Of a stretch of 64,000 nt of DNA, positions 35,131 through 46,940 are shown in pieces. Below the pieces are notes generated by a model that was not told where the DNA came from, ran no database searches, and saw only the letters and a program-made list of their open reading frames with translations. Both the position numbers and the translations under genes were made by a program. Origin of the DNA: Lama glama (taxonomy: Eukaryota); contig CM052816.1 of the NCBI GenBank assembly GCA_028534125.1, positions 50,656,001 through 50,720,000 of the forward strand, given 5' to 3'. Every line of letters begins with the position of its first letter. Position 1 is the stretch's first letter.

Positions 35131-36889
35131 CAAAAAGAGGGAAAGACTAGCAAAGAGGAACATGTTGGTTTTGTATGAAATTAAAACCTCCAATATTTAC
35201 TGCCAATTTCCTCCCCCTAAAAAAGCCTAAGAAAAAGAACAGATCTAAAACAGGAGAAAAGATACAGCTGCTCTGGCCTAAATGCAGAATCCTTTAATAC
35301 TATCTTCTGGATGATATACATGTGTGTTTACTCAAGTCTCAGAGTTAATTGGATTTAAATAAGAACCTGAGCACAATCACCCAGAAGGCCTGACATAAAT
35401 AGGAGAGTAGCAAGAGGTCAGAGAAGACACATCCTGTCTGTTCCTATAGAAAGTGGATTCAAGCCTTCCCCACCTGCGTTTTCCTCCCCTTCTAGTAAAA
35501 AGCTGCTCATTATATTACTAAGCAACCATTATGCATTTGGAGTGTCTACATTCAACAGTCCCTATCCCCACCTCCACCCCTAGAAAAGGTCAACCCAATG
35601 CTGTAGCTTGGATTTATTTCTTTTGTTGTCTATATCAAGCATGATAAAAGTGCTTTGTTCTACTCTTGGCTTTCACAAAGAGTTGCTTCATTCTCAATCT
35701 AACTGTAAAGCTAAAATGTGGTTTTAGCTTTGGCAGGTTTAGGTTGGCATGCATACCTGTAGAGCTTAATTCTTTTCCTTTAATTACAGTTGCCTGCCCA
35801 CTCTTTCAGGTAAGTGCTCAGTGAATACTGACCAGCCATTATAGCCTCATGACCTGAGTATGAAGCCTTCATATGCTCATGATTAATGAGATCTCTTTTA
35901 ACCCTGGAAGTAAATTAAGAATTCTTATTTAAAGTATTGATTTTGATATATAAAATTCTGATACATAAAGAGTCCAACCACTGTCAAGAGAGTAAAAATG
36001 AACTACATGTGGCAATAGTGAAGTTGAGGAAATATACCAGAAATGAAGAATTAAGGAAAATGGAATTGTCCTCCAAGATCTAAACTATTACATAGGTACC
36101 TTGTTGCTCAGGTGAGAGACACACAAAATCACCTTAAGAGACACAGTGTCCATGAGTAAGCAAGGGATACTCATCTGATTGAGGGTATTCATGTAGCTAA
36201 ATAAATAATGGATTTTTTTTTGTTGTTGTTCTTGATTGCAGAGCTTAATAAACATGGCAGTCACTGGGGTAAATCCTGCCTGTACCCATTAGGAACCATC
36301 CACCAAGGAGTGTGTCTTGTCAGTCCCATCCAATATTTGCTTGTAAGGAAGGATGAATCAGTTATCACAACCTGATGCCTCTAAACATTTGAATCATACA
36401 ATTAATTCCTTTACTCTGATTCCATGCTTACCCAGCAAGCTTCTAATTATAATTTGTCTTTCCATGTCACTCACCCATGGGGGAGATACAAGTGCTTGGC
36501 TATTTTTGTCATCACTGCTTCCCACTGACAATGAACAAATATTACCCTGTGTTAGAGACTCAAGCCTCCTGGGGCTCCACATAAAGGGGGCTCCACTGAT
36601 TGTCAGGGTCCAACAAGATGGGTGTCTGGGTGTGCCGGGCTGATAGCAAGAAGAGAATTCACTCAAGTACTGGCTCTTTGTGCCACCCACAGTTTCCCAT
36701 GGCAACACCTTGACTGCCATCCAGGGCTTTCTTGTGACTTTTACTAGATTTCCACTCTCTAGTGACCCTTCCCCCTGATCTGCCTTCTAACTAGTCAGCA
36801 AATCCTACGGACATTCTGTTATTTCCACTCTTCCCACTTTGCTTCCAGGATTTGTCTTTCCTTCTCTTTCCAGGCTAACAGCTCCTAAA

Positions 36890-37400
36890 AGTCAGTGCAG
36901 AAACTGGCTGCATCAGAATGACCAGTCTGTGAAGAGTAGATGTATGAATGCCAGGGCCCTACTCCAAATCTCTTTACTAGAATGTGCTAGGCGGTATCCG
37001 GGAATCTGCTTTATAAACTCCCTGGATAATTCTGATAAGCAGCTACATTTCAGAATCACTCTCTAGATGAGTGGTTCTCAAGTTTGGTTACAAAATAGAA
37101 TTACTCTTAGAAAATAGCAGTGCCTAGCTTTTCCCTAGACTTTTAGAGCTGGAGTGTTAGTGTAGGTATTTAAAAAAACTCTCTGGGTGAGTCTAATGTA
37201 TTGTGAAGTCTGAGAGCCACTGGCTCAGACCTGTGATTCTCAAAGTGAGGTGCCATGACCAGCAGTAACAGCAGCAGCACGCTGGGAACTTTTTAGGACC
37301 AGAATCTAGATTCTCAGATTCTGTCCTACACCCACTGAATCAGAAACCCTGCGGTTTAACAAGTCCTCTGGTGATTCTGATGTGACGTTGGATAACGCTG
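36890..37400. mobile_element. Three abutting MER5-type MITEs (about 36890-37060, 37069-37222, 37231-37400)
   Basis: Terminal-repeat-like ends agaatcact, gagtggttctc, gagagccactg and ctgtgattctc, separated by 8-bp spacers ctctagat and gctcagac. Confidence 0.8.
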
Positions 37401-37914
37401 TTCCCCAGACCATTCTAATTAATTCCTGTGACCAATATCTCTGTTCCTCCCTCCATCTTCTGCAATAAGCATATTTCCACCTTGCCACCCTGTGCTCCAC
37501 TGAGCCCGCCAATACCCTTAGCCTGGCACGCATGGCCTCCTCCAGTCCAGGCTTCTGTTTCACCAGTAGACTAGAAGAAAACAGACTGCTCACTGATCCA
37601 CTGATAATGGATTTTCCCATTTTGCTAATGCTGCTCCTTTTGTGAAAATCCTGGAGAACATGGACCGTGTTTTCAAATGCCATGATCCCTAACACAGTCT
37701 TGTTCACAGATATGCAGGTCAACAGAGATTTGCAGAATGAGTGAGTGATTTTATGCTAATCTTGAACTGTCCTCTGCTTAATTTATCACAGGTCCTCTAT
37801 TCAAACTGGAGAGCAACTCACTTCAGCCCTTTTTTGTTTTTTTGTTTTTCAGCATTAAAGCCTCTCTGGGCGTGTGTAGTAGTCTCTGTTTCCACACAAA
37901 ACCAGACCATCAAT

Positions 37915-38100
37915 TCAGCATCAAGAGCCCTGTGGAGCTGGGTGACTGGAAGGGGGCGGGGGCTCCCGGGGTACGGGTGATGTTTTATTTTTGATGTGGG
38001 TGCTGATTACACGTGTTCCCTCTGTGAGAATTCACTGAAGTAAACTCTGATGATTTACGCATTTTTCTGCACATGTTTTACCTCAAGAAAAATTTCAAAA
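37915..38100 (+). mobile_element. Old L1 (L1MC/ME) 3' end
   Basis: gatgttttatttttgatgtgggtgctgattacacgtgttc...tgtgagaattcactgaag...catttttctgcacatg. Confidence 0.75.
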
Positions 38101-38144
38101 AGTCTTTTCAAGCAGTTTTTCTCTAGCTTTTCAAATTCTAATTC

Positions 38145-38385
38145 AACTAGAATTTACTGAGCATTGACAGTGTACCAAGGACAGGGTTGGGTGCTTTCAC
38201 ATTTCGTTATTTCATTTCTACTTTCATTACTCTGTAAAGCAGCAACTGTCATTATTACTTTTCACCCATAAGGAAACTGAGGCTCTGGGAAATTAACTAC
38301 CCAGTTTCCACAGGTGGTGGGTATCGGGGTCTGGACAGAAGTCCAGCTGTTGTGTCACCAAGTTCAGTGGTCTTCTCACTGCTCC
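38145..38385 (-). mobile_element. MIR
   Basis: atttactgagcattgacagtgtacca...aggaaactgaggctctggga. Confidence 0.8.
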
Positions 38386-39520
38386 CCTGTGAAGCTTCAA
38401 GAGTGGTCTTGAATTACAATGTATTTAAAAAAAAAAAACAATAGTTTTGGTTTTTATCAAAGAGAAAGCATTGAGCTGCCATCTTAATTTTCTACCAAAC
38501 ATTTTGCTTTCCTCTCTTTGCTAAAAGGAAAACGAATCAATTGTGTTAGACAGGATGAAAACATTGACCAATGGACAAGGTTGTTTAAAAGAGTACTGGA
38601 GGCCCCCTCAGTGCCAGAAGTTGCTGCCTCGCCCTGCAGGGTTGCAGGGGAGAGACTAGGAGAGCCCAAAGGTCATCTGGGGGCTTGAGGCCATGGCTAC
38701 TTACTGATTACTACAGAAGTACTACAATATTGTAACTCATGGTACAGCCTGACCTATACTCTACACCATATGAAAATCAGCTGACTCTAAAATAGAACAT
38801 ATTTCTGCCCATGTGCACACCGTGAATGAAGAGAGAGGGAAAACCTTTCTCAAAGGAAGAGTCATCACTTCATGATTGGGAATCTTGACCAGAAAATATA
38901 CTTGTTGAGAATTCACAGTGACTTTTCTCTGATAAATTTTACAGGCCTCCAGATTACTCTACAAATATGCTCATTCTTAGAACAGTTGTACAATTAGCAG
39001 TCAGAGAGACAGAGATAAACTCCTAGTAAGGCAAGTGGAGAAAAGAACCATCCACCTGTGGGTGTGAGAGAGAAAACAGGAGAAGAGAAAGAGAAATGGT
39101 GGAGAATGGAAAAGCAGGCAACAACATCTACTAAAGATTTTCCTATCCCCAAGGTTTTTAAATCAATTTTATGCATTTGATGCTGATGTGACATATAGCT
39201 TTAATAATAATAAGTACTGCAAATGAAACAAAATAAAATCATTCTAGGCTAAGTACTGGAAGAGAACTCAAGCCTGGGAGATGAATCCAGCTTTGTTACC
39301 AGGTATAAGTGGCTTTGTAGGAAAATGAGGCAGTGTTTGAAATCTCTGCTATCTCTGAACTTCCAGACCGTACAGTGACTGTAGCTTTAAAATGCTTAGA
39401 GGAAACTGCCCTTTCCCAAATGAAACCCACCTGTAGCTACAGATTCCTATATCCGCTAGCCATCAATTAGAAATTAGAATAAAAATTGCAAGAGAGTAAC
39501 TAAAGAAGTAATTCTCCAGA

Positions 39521-40337
39521 TGTGGTAGGGCATATTGTTAACTGAACATTAATTTTCCTTCTTTCTAAGAAAACCCTGAATTTTGTGTGTACCTGCCCAT
39601 CCAGCCTGACCCCACTCTAGGAGAAATCCCAATTAGTTAGCTAGCTCTGTCCAATAGAAATACAGAGAGTCATATATGTAATTTAAAATTTTCCAGTAGT
39701 CACAGTGTATAAAAAGTAAAAATAAACCATTAAAATTAACTTTAATAATTATTTTATTTTATCTAACATCTAAAATATTATATTGTTAATATATAATCAG
39801 TATAGAAATTATTGAGATATGCTATATAATTTTGATATTAAGTCTCTGAAACCCAGTGTGTCTTTTTCACTTACAGCACATATCATCTTAGACTAGTCAC
39901 ATTTCAAAGTGCTCAGGAGCCACTATGGCCAGCGACCACCATATTGGTCACTGAATGTCTAAGTTGACTGTATTCCCTTGGCAACTCTTATTGGTCTGGG
40001 GCCCAAGATGGCCCAGGCTGACAGCAGAGACCTTGCCTGTGGGCAAAGTTTCTCTTTTCTCCCTCCTGCTGGACAAGAATAAGAAAGAGTAAAGGCTTGA
40101 TTAATATTGTCAACCTTCTTGGCACTACCAGGAGAACCAGCGTTTGGATGACACTGACAATGAATTCAGCAGAGTGGAGAGAAAGCAAGAACCTAGGGCT
40201 CTGATGACATTACTAGGCTATTGAGCAAACTTGGAATTTGCCCTGACTCTGATCTCTCTCTTTGATGAGGCAATATTTGTCCTAATGGTTTAAGCTGTCT
40301 TGTGTTTACTTGCAGCCAGAGGAGTCCTAACTATACA
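39521..40337 (+). mobile_element. MLT1 (J/K-like) LTR interrupted by MER33
   Basis: Start tgtggtagg; 3' end tggtttaagctg...tttacttgcagccagaggagtcctaactataca. Confidence 0.7.
39641..39955 (+). mobile_element. MER33 hAT-Charlie element
   Basis: ctgtccaatagaaata...atgtaatttaaaattttccagtagtcac...cacttacagcaca...gactagtcacatttcaaagtgctc...accatattgg. Confidence 0.85.
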
Positions 40338-41509
40338 ACTAGAAGCTGGTATGTGGTCATTCTTTGGCCTATTAATGTATCCCTCCAGGTTATGAAATAG
40401 TAGAGGAAGAACTAACCCACATGGAACTGGAGGGAAAAAAAAAATACATGGAGAGCACTTGAATTCACTGCATTAAATATAATGTTTAAAATGTACAACA
40501 AAATAGTCATAGGTATATGTAAGACTCATCTGCAAAGCACTCATGTTCACTTTCTGTTTCAGAGTCTGGATTCTGAATTCTGAGAGTGAACAAACCCTCG
40601 TGGGAAAAAACCTCCAACCTTCTACTAGATTTACAAGAAGTTATTTTTATAAAACCTATATGAACTACAAAGTTATAAAGATGAAGGGAAAGCTATTCAA
40701 TAAAGCTAAAGCCAGCCTTTCTCAAAGAGATACCTTTAGAAGTGTGGTTGTATTTTAAGTTTCCCACAAAATGCTAATTAGAACATACATTTCAATTAGA
40801 ATTAGACCACACTTCAGGAAGTGAATTATTAAATGACCTAGCACATTTTGATGTTTTCAATTGCTGAAACTCCCAGGTTCGGAGGACAGTGAGTCTTTAA
40901 TGATAATTTATTCCCCTCTTGTCCCCATTACTGCTAGATAGCTGGGAGCCCTGGGTACTTATGGCTCTGGGGACCCAGTGTGGGCGTCTTTAGAGGAGGA
41001 TACCAATTAGCCAGCTTGGTTTCACAAAGAAGCAAAGATTGCCCTGGGGTGCCAAATTCTGCCTCACAGGGCACACCCTTGAACTTTAACTGTCTTTATT
41101 GTTAATCATTAGAAGCTAGTAAAGAATTTGGCCTTTCTTTCACCGTTTCATTATCTCCACTCTTCGGTCTAAAAGCACACATGTTTCCTTATTCTGAGGA
41201 AGACAATAAAAGCAGCAAATGTACCATATACATGAAAGTGAGCCACCACTTTCTACTAGTTTTAGTAGCACTTCTGTTGCTTCCAAAAATTGCCTCAGGT
41301 CACCTACAGTTCACTGGCCCTAGAGATAAACATCTGAAGATGTGACGTAAGTAATGGGTGTTTTCAGGACAGCATTTTACCTCCATGAAAGTGACAAGTA
41401 GCAGCTCCAGGTTACTGAATAATATATGATTGTATATTTGACTCATACGTAGATATAAAAAAGAACAAAAAGTCAATCATCTAAATCACAATTTTGTTCT
41501 CTTTCTCCT

Positions 41510-41640
41510 CTGTTCATTTAATTACTTCATTCAACACAATTTTGAGACCCTATTATCTGCCAAATACTGTACTAGGCACCCAGGATCTTACAAGTAAGAC
41601 AGCAGTGTTCTACCCACTCAGGTGCTCCCATTAGGAGGGG
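41510..41640 (-). mobile_element. L2 3' tail
   Basis: ttcattcaacacaattttgagaccctattatctgccaaatactgtactaggcac. Confidence 0.75.
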
Positions 41641-42034
41641 CAGGGTGCATGGGGCCAGTGCAGAGGGGCATGGAGAATGGTGAATGAGCAGATGATTAAT
41701 TCCCAGAAAGTGCCATCTCTATGAACCTGAGGAGGCCAAGGAAGGTCTGTCTATTCTCTTAAAGAGTGTTTCATTTTTCTCAACATCAGGGGTCTATAAC
41801 ATTCAACATTTCTTTTGAATCTCTCAACACGTAACCACATTTCTGGCTACCTTATGAATTCAGTGACTTCAAATTGACTGGCAGAAGATGAGAAGAAACT
41901 TTTCCTTTGCTTGGAAAAAAAAAAAGTAACCATTTTGAGTTTCAAAGGTCAATATTTAGTCATAAAAGCATTCATAGAGCACTGTAGCCTAGCCTTGTGG
42001 AAGTTGAGACTCCAGAACCAGACTCCCTGGATTT

Positions 42035-42884
42035 TTTTTTACATTTTTTATTGATTTATAATCATTTTACAATGTTGTGTCAAATTCCAGTGTTCAGCAC
42101 AATTTTTCAGTCATTCATGGACATATACACACTCATTGTCACATTTTTTTCTCTGTGATTTATCATAACATTTTGTGTATATTTCCCTGTGCTATACAGT
42201 GTAATCTTGTTTATCTATTCTACAATTTTGAAATCCCAGNNNNNNNNNNNNNNNNNNNNNNNNNNNNNNNNNNNNNNNNNNNNNNNNNNNNNNNNNNNNN
42301 NNNNNNNNNNNNNNNNNNNNNNNNNNNNNNNNNNNNNNNNNNNNNNNNNNNNNNNNNNNNNNNNNNNNNNNNNNNNNNNNNNNNNNNNNNNNNNNNNNNN
42401 NNNNNNNNNNNNNNNNNNNNNNNNNNNNNNNNNNNNNNNNNNNNNNNNNNNNNNNNNNNNNNNNNNNNNNNNNNNNNNNNNNNNNNNNNNNNNNNNNNNN
42501 NNNNNNNNNNNNNNNNNNNNNNNNNNNNNNNNNNNNNNNNNNNNNNNNNNNNNNNNNNNNNNNNNNNNNNNNNNNNNNNNNNNNNNNNNNNNNNNNNNNN
42601 NNNNNNNNNNNNNNNNNNNNNNNNNNNNNNNNNNNNNNNNNNNNNNNNNNNNNNNNNNNNNNNNNNNNNNNNNNNNNNNNNNNNNNNNNNNNNNNNNNNN
42701 NNNNNNNNNNNNNNNNNNNNNNNNNNNNNNNNNNNNNNNAGATTTATTCCCAGATATTTTATTACTTTGGGTGCTATTTTAAAGGGGATTGTTTCTTTAC
42801 TTTCTTTTTCTGTTGATTTATCGTTAGTGTAAAGAAATGCAACTGATTTTTGAACATTAATTTTGTAACCTGCTACCTTGCTGA
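42035..42884 (-). mobile_element. Young 5'-truncated LINE-1 spanning the gap
   Basis: 42740-42884 encodes open ORF2 FSKVAGYKINVQKSVAFLYTNDKSTEKESKETIPFKIAPKVIKYLGIN; poly(T) and 3' UTR at left; perfect 15-bp TSD agactccctggattt at 42020-42034 and 42885-42899. Confidence 0.95.
42240..42739. other. Assembly gap (500 N)
   Basis: Seen directly. Confidence 1.
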
Positions 42885-43419
42885 AGACTCCCTGGATTTG
42901 AAACCCAAGCTCTGCTTTTACCAAATGTGTAATACTAAACCTCTCTGTTCCTCAGTTCCTTCATAAGTAAAAGGAAAACTTCGTAGGATATATATGCATG
43001 TATATAGGAGTGCATCTATGTAAGTTTGTAGAGTTATTATGATGATTAATACATTAACATATTTAACTGTACCTGGAATATAGTGTTAGTAGCATTATGC
43101 TTCCATACAAATGGAATTGCATGTTACCTGGCGAGAACATCTGAAAGGCAGTAAGTCATATGATATTTAAATATAAACAAATTTTCCCCAAAATTCCTTA
43201 AGAGGTACCTTTTTGGAGACCCACAGTCTATCTCGCAATACGTTTAGCACTGTCAGTTTTCCTTTCAGTATCGGAAAAGATCACTGTGTCTCTGACTGAA
43301 CGCCAAGCAGTGCAGCAGGTTTGCAAACAGGGACCATGTCTTTAAACATTAACCTCATGCTGAGAGGCACTCAAAAACTGATCTAGGAAGAGTGGACTCC
43401 TTTTTCATCCCTTCTTAGA

Positions 43420-44215
43420 ACTGTCTCCAGATATTTGCTTGGCCAACTCTCTAGCTTTCCTGTCTTTGCTCAAATGTCATCTTCTCAATGGGATCTTCTC
43501 AGTCCAACTGTCCATCACTCACTACTGTCCACTAATCAATTCTTTAGCATCTCAGAAATGAAAAGGTAAAGCTCAATTGTTTTACTTACTATGGTCAGGG
43601 AGAGCTATACAGTCCACACACAGCCTCTCCAAGCAAAGCAGAGAGCAGACTGTTAGGTTAATCCTATATACAGTTTTGGGGTGCATGAAGTTCAGGGATT
43701 GGCAGAATTTCACAGGCATGAATTCCATCAGTAGAAGCAAGATTGCTCCACGAGACTGCTGCTGATTGGTGCCTTGGTATTCAGAGGTATGTTTTTTGGG
43801 GATGAGTTCCTTTTTGATTGGCTGACTTTTTGAAGAAAGGGATTGATCCTGATTGGTTGGCTTGTAATAGCGTGGTCACAGAGGTCAGTTGTCCTGATTC
43901 ATTGAAAGTTGTCTTGTTACTAGAGCTACAAAAATCAGCAGTCTTTTTGTAACAGCGTGGAACTTTTTTTCTCACTCTACACTCTCAATCTCCTTTATTC
44001 AGCTCTCCTGATTCCCCCTACTGTACTTATCACCTTCTAATGTAACAGTTGTTTACTTATTCTGCTTAGAGTTTATTGTCTGTCTTCCCTTACTAGATCG
44101 TAAGCTCCACAAGTCAGGCATTACTGGTTGTTTTGTTTCCTGATAAATCCCACTTCTCTGGAACACTGCCAAGCACGCAGTGAATGCACAATAACTACTA
44201 ATTGAATTATTCAGT
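43420..44215 (+). mobile_element. L2 3' region, host of the solo LTR
   Basis: gtctttgctcaaatgtcatcttctcaatg (left) and tgtctgtcttcccttactagatcgtaagctccacaag...ctggaacactgccaagcacgcagt (right). Confidence 0.8.
43526..43974 (-). mobile_element. Solo ERV LTR (449 bp)
   Basis: TG...CA termini; imperfect flanking repeat cactac/ctctac; on the minus strand four CCAATC boxes, then TATATA (43665-43670), then AGTAAA (43581-43586); interrupts an L2. Confidence 0.7.
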
Positions 44216-45029
44216 GTTTAAACAGTGCCTGCCCCAAGCAGGGTACAAATGACCAGTTAAGTTTATTTCCATACCTTTTCCTCTCTTGCCAAACAGTCCT
44301 GTCTTGCCTGTAAATATGTTTTTTACTGGGATGCCCTGCTGATGTGATATGAATATATTTTAGTCAACATTTTTTTATTCTCAGGGGCATATACTTTTAT
44401 AGTTTAAATCTCATCTGAAGGTGGAGCCAGGATTTGGTGACCCTCTTCAAGAAAAAAAGAACACAATATTACAAAGACAAAAAGCTGCCCAGAAAGAGTC
44501 CATGCAGAGGAAGCCCTGACTTCAACATCATTTCTCCCATCTCTCCTGACAGTACATGACACCACTCTCTTCTCTTATCCTTGTTGAAGGAATTGCAGCA
44601 GATTGGAGAAACATCCATAAGCTATGCTGCCTAGCATAAGCTACGATGTCAACAATAGACAAGATTAAACTAAACGGTAAAGAGAAAAAGGCCAAAATGG
44701 GAGTTTGATTCTGTTGACACAATACAAATTAAAGGGATTTACCTGAACCACTTAAGGTTAACACCATGAAGCATAATATGGACTATGCATGTCACTAGTT
44801 TGACAGATTAACTTTGGCTACTATCAGAACCAGCCCTGAGTTCTATCTAAGCCAAGGAGCTTCTTCAGTTTCTGACACGCAACCCAAACCTTTCCAATTT
44901 TTATTAAAAATCAAAGGAAGGCTGGAAAAGAATCACAGTGTTTGAGGCCAATAACAAATCAGAGGGAAAGGAGATGCTGAAGACATTAACAGTGTCCACA
45001 GCCTCAAATGACTTTCCATTCATCTCCCT

Positions 45030-45228
45030 CCAACACTTTATTGTCTATTCAGTCAGGTGGTGCTTTGTTAATTACTTGTTAGATCTAAGTCTTCCCAACT
45101 AGACTGTGAGCTTCTTAAAATCACAGCCCTTTCCAACTCCTTTCTGCTCTCTCCCCAGCATTGGCACATAAAAGGGCTCAGTTAATAACTGTAGTGTGGT
45201 TTTGTTTTATGAATGAATAAATGAATTG
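45030..45228 (+). mobile_element. L2 3' tail
   Basis: cttcccaactagactgtgagcttctt...ggcacataaaagggctcagt...atgaatgaataaatgaa. Confidence 0.8.
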
Positions 45229-46239
45229 AAGACAAGTTGGCTCTCTTTAGAATGCTTCTCTTGGCAGGGCATCTCCCTATTCTTCTTTTCTTTATTTCAC
45301 TTATTTCTACATCAATAATTCCCTTTACTCCTTATGCCTGAGGCTGGAAAACTTAAATCCCTTTATGGGAAATTCCCTAATAGCAGCTGCCTTAATCAGA
45401 ACCAATTTGACCATGAAGACATCTAGTCTCTATTTTGTCCTACCTACCACCCACATTTTCATCATAATATATTAATAATAAATGTAGGGCAAGAGAAATG
45501 AAAAATACTACAACACACTCTCTTTCCCTAACTTGAGCATACATTTGGCCAAGTAACTCTAAAATATTTGATATTTTTAACAGGGAAATTGGCAGCTTAC
45601 GGTCTCTGAAGTTGCTGCTTTGTTTATTTGACATGTTTTCCATAGTCATGATACCAGTAATTTTAGAGGTCCCAGTGTAAGAAACACTTCTTCTCCTTGA
45701 GCTCAGTAATTCTGTCATCCAAAGGTCTCAGAGCTATAATTCTTGTTTCTTGATTGTTTGGCAAGAGGGGGAGTTTTATGAGACGTCTTTTCTATTTTCA
45801 GAATGTATATTTAACACTAGAAAACCTGCTGGTAAGTGTGCCAACACTTAAGCTATTATTTCTTTTTAAAGAGCCTGTTTTGTTGCATGTGCCTTTTAAA
45901 TGTAACTTCTTTAAAACTTGAGTTCAAAGGACCACCTCTCCTTTCACCAAATTGCAGGGACAGAAATGCTGTGAATTCATGGCCATTTCTGCTCCCAGTA
46001 ACTCTGGCCCAGGACAAGTTTCCCCTTCGACAGCCCCTGTCCTTTGTTATCATCCATCTCTTCCATGTCCTTCTGATGCCCAGCTTTGTATTTCCTGCCG
46101 TGGACATTTCCTGTGATCACCTAAGCATATGTTCCATCTCAGAGAGGAAGCTGATGAAAATTAATTATCCATAAATGTGATTATGGATGATAATAAACTT
46201 TTCTCAGTTAAGATGTTGCAGCTTAGCAGGAGCTTTAAA

Positions 46240-46470
46240 AAAAAATTATCACTTTGCCGATACAGCATTTTAATACTCACACATATGGTTTTACTTAGTA
46301 CTGACAACCCTGTGAAGGAGAAGACGTGGCTAGAAATATTATCCTGATTTTGTAGATGACAACACTATGGTTCTGAGGGGCTAAATGATTTGCTGGTGGT
46401 GACACAATAAGTAGCAAAGTCTGAACCAAAATGAGGCTGAGTTAAGATACTGTTGCATCTTTCCACCACC
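46240..46470 (-). mobile_element. MIR
   Basis: tgacaaccctgtgaagg...attatcctgattttgtagatgac...aaatgatttgctggtggtgacac. Confidence 0.7.
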
Positions 46471-46940
46471 AGGTTGCCAGCATTTAGGATGATCAGATGA
46501 TGAAATTTTCATCAACGTGGCCAGCCAATAGGAGGCACTAGCGGGCACATCAGTTTCTCATTGCTTCCTGAATAGCCCTTCCTGATCCTTGGAATTCTCT
46601 TCTTTTGCATCTTTGACTTCACTTTTCCTTTCTCCCTCTCCCTCCCTGACAGTGTCTTGTAGTTTCCTAAGCTGATTTGGATTCCTCTTCCCCCATGTGC
46701 CCCTTGGATCCTCCATGGTTTTTGGCCCTCTTCTATATTTACTCTAGATTCTTTATCTGTAGCATCTTACTACTTCCTTGGTTTTAGCTATTACCTTTAG
46801 GTTGATGACTTTACAAACCAAATCTTGAATCTAGGTTAAGTGTTCCCAGAGTACCATGCTTAAATACATAGTTGCCTACTGGGCAGCTCTTCTGGATATA
46901 CAGTTGTTACTCTAACAAGACACAGCCAGTTCATTAGCTA

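Larger units (their letters stand above)
41975..43095 (+). mobile_element. MIR host element split by the L1 insertion
   Basis: Left ...ctccagaaccagactccctggattt joins right gaaacccaagctctgc...aacctctctgttcctcagttccttcat, rebuilding the MIR head and core. Confidence 0.8.

Noticed and set aside
35707..35731. 10-bp perfect inverted repeat (similar short ones at 18969-18986, 28930-28941 and 60525-60558)
   Set aside because: Too short for pre-miRNA hairpins; a few such repeats are expected in 64 kb
42077..42924. ORFs of 197-251 aa
   Set aside because: Artefacts of reading through 500 Ns; only the 48-codon L1 ORF2 piece is real
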